Part shown: piece by piece, positions 61,700 through 64,000 of the stretch
Position numbering within the stretch: the stretch's first letter is position 1
How the letters are laid out: every line of letters begins with the position of its first letter
Origin: the human T2T-CHM13v2.0 reference genome, Homo sapiens
Reading direction: 5' to 3' (one strand)
Assembly: GCF_009914755.1 (NCBI RefSeq)
Contig: NC_060932.1
DNA length: 64,000 nt
Position numbers and translations under genes: made by a program
The notes under the pieces: generated by a model
Seen by the model: only the letters and a program-made list of their open reading frames with translations
Database searches by the model: none
What the model was told of the DNA's origin: nothing

Positions 61700-62600
61700 C
61701 AATTCTATGTTAGAGATGGACAAAATTTAGTCCCAGCCTGTGATTACTTTGTTGATTGTGGAAAATAGACTTATAAGTAGGGCAAGGACAATAGAGTATG
61801 ATAAAGGTCAGCATAGAGGTAAGCCATGTTTTAATGAAAGTCCATAGAAGAAGCTTTCAGTTCATCTTTGCCTGTAATCAAGACCTTGCTTTAATTGTGA
61901 ATATCTCAAATTAATTTTAAGTGATTATCTGTTGTTGGAAGTAAAGGTAGAATGGAAAGCAAGAAAGTAATTCATGTAAAGGAAATAGCATGTACATATG
62001 TCCAGGGTAATAATGACTCATACTGACAAATGCAAAAGTTTCATTATGAACAGAGGACAGAGTACAAAGAGTAGAATGATGAAATGAGGCTAGTGCAGCT
62101 ATCAGACTTACAAATCAGGGAAGGCCTATGTGACACATTAAAGAGTTGGAACTTTGCTCTGAGAATACTGGCTAAACATTTTAAGCATGAAAGCTACTGC
62201 TTAAACTTGTCATTTAAAAGAATCACCCTGACTGTAGAGTAGATAATAGATTTCTAACAGGCAAGATAGTCAGCAGGAAGGTTAGTTAAGAGATCGTACA
62301 ATAATTCATACTAGGGAAAATAATGTCCTGATTTGAGATAGCAGCAGAGTTGCTGGAGAAAGGTGTTTATATTCACCTTAAATTGAGAAAAATAAGAATA
62401 TCCAATTTTACAATTGATGAGATTTGTGAAAGGTGGCAGTGAATGAAAAAGGAGTCAAGCAAGATTTCAGCTTCTGGTTTAGACATTAAACATGTTATTC
62501 ACTGAGATAGGGAATAAAAAACAAAGTTGTTTGTGAAATGGTTAATTGTTATGAGACTAGTAAGAAATGTTATGCAGCTGTTAAACGATAATGCTTATAA
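61700..62600 (-). mobile_element. L2 fragment
   Basis: gaaggcctatgtgacacattaaagagttggaactttgctctgag..tttaaaagaatcaccctgactg..ttattcactgagataggga. Confidence 0.65.
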
Positions 62601-63149
62601 AGACTATGTACTAGTAAGAAGAAGTTTATGTTACAAAGTTAAGGAAGAAAAGCAGGATATAAAATTTTACATGCACTATAATTATGGCTAAGTAAAATGT
62701 GCAGAGAAAAATAATATAGGGAAAGAAAAGAAAATACTAAAAGTGATGGCATGAGAGCATTACAATTTTTCTTCTCCTTTATAATTTTTTAAAAATTTCA
62801 TTCTTTGCTTTCATAATAAAAATGTATAAAATTAAAATTATAAAAAATAATTGATTAAAATAATATAAAACTAGTATATTATAAAGATTAAAATAGATGT
62901 CTGATCATCTGATATTTATTAGGTAAAATATAATTTCTATCACTTGTTATTACATATTTTGATAAAATTAAGTTAGTGGCTTGAGAATAGAGATGATAAA
63001 TGAGAGACAAGCCATGCCTTTAGAAAATTTTTCCATTCATCATCTACACTAGAAACAACTACCCAACAGCAATAACAGAAAGGCATAAAGATAACAGTGA
63101 CTATTCTAACCACCTGGTTAAGGAATTAAATGACCATTTTGTTCCACAT

Positions 63150-63355
63150 GAGAAAAAGTGCTATGCTGTATCAAATAATTTTAATTCCACAACAATCCTA
63201 AGTACCCTATTATTGTAATTAAAAAATGGATATACAGAATTCCAGAGAGGTTAAGTAACTCAGCCCAGGTTGCACAGCCAATAAGCAACAGAGCCAGAAT
63301 TTCAAGCTGGTCAGTATAGCTCCAGGGTGTGCACTCTCAACTGTTCTATGTTGCC
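63150..63355 (-). mobile_element. MIR SINE
   Basis: ttaattccacaacaatcct..cagagaggttaagtaactcagcccaggttgcacagc..agagccagaatttcaa. Confidence 0.8.
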
Positions 63356-64000
63356 TCTTTTTTAAAGCTTATATTTTTACCAGGTTGACACATTTTTGGA
63401 CTCATGTGACAATATGAGATGAATTCAGTTACCTCAGTATACAAAAATGTTATATGGAATAAGATACTTGGTGCATATCATATACTTGAGGCTTTAAAAA
63501 TTATCAATTTAGTTCAGAAATAGTGACTTTTACACCAAATTCATATAATTGTATCAAGTAATTCAGATTTTGTCTAAAAGTTTCTATTTCACATTGTATA
63601 TATATGCTCTTCATTGTCTAAACTTAAAGCTTTTATATAAAAGTTATACAATCCAAAACACAGTGTTGAAGTATCTTACTTTAATCTTAGAATCTATTTT
63701 AAAATTTAAAGATTATTTATCATATCTTCATGCAAATAAATTCTAATCACCCAATTTGTGCATTGAATGACATCACTTTCTTATTGCATTTAGAAATAGA
63801 ATGCTATGTAGAAAATAATAATTACATCTCCATGAAGATGTATGACTTATTTCAAAAAGATTCAATAATAAAATTATCCTACTAAAATTCTCAATCAGTA
63901 GAAAAATATGCAGCCCATGCTTAAGAAGATAATCACACGTCCTGAGTTAAGTTGAAAATTAAGCTTCAGCCATACATATTCAAAAAATATTTTAAGTATA

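Overview
AT-rich primate (human-like) genomic DNA with no CpG island and no supportable intact protein-coding gene. It looks like a gene desert or the inside of a very large intron. The only host-gene-derived coding sequence is a full-length but disabled RPSA processed pseudogene on the minus strand (about 5.68-6.71 kb). The rest is transposable-element layers: six Alus, many L1 pieces, solo LTRs (LTR12, LTR1, THE1, MLT1), MIR/L2, a Tigger-type element and a near-complete Ricksha-type MULE DNA transposon. The ORFs in the track that I can trace come from these repeats, the pseudogene or microsatellites, and the rest look like chance ORFs. The most unusual region is a nested retroposition complex at 50.2-55.6 kb. 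It holds a twin-primed young L1 that forms a ~1.66-kb-arm inverted repeat with an older L1, an orphan polyadenylated non-repeat insert, a possible 3' transduction, and a nearby LTR fragment ending in serial snap-back inversions. I found no evidence of a new multi-gene system. Repeat subfamily names are from recalled consensus features and need RepeatMasker/Dfam confirmation. Boundaries of old elements are approximate.
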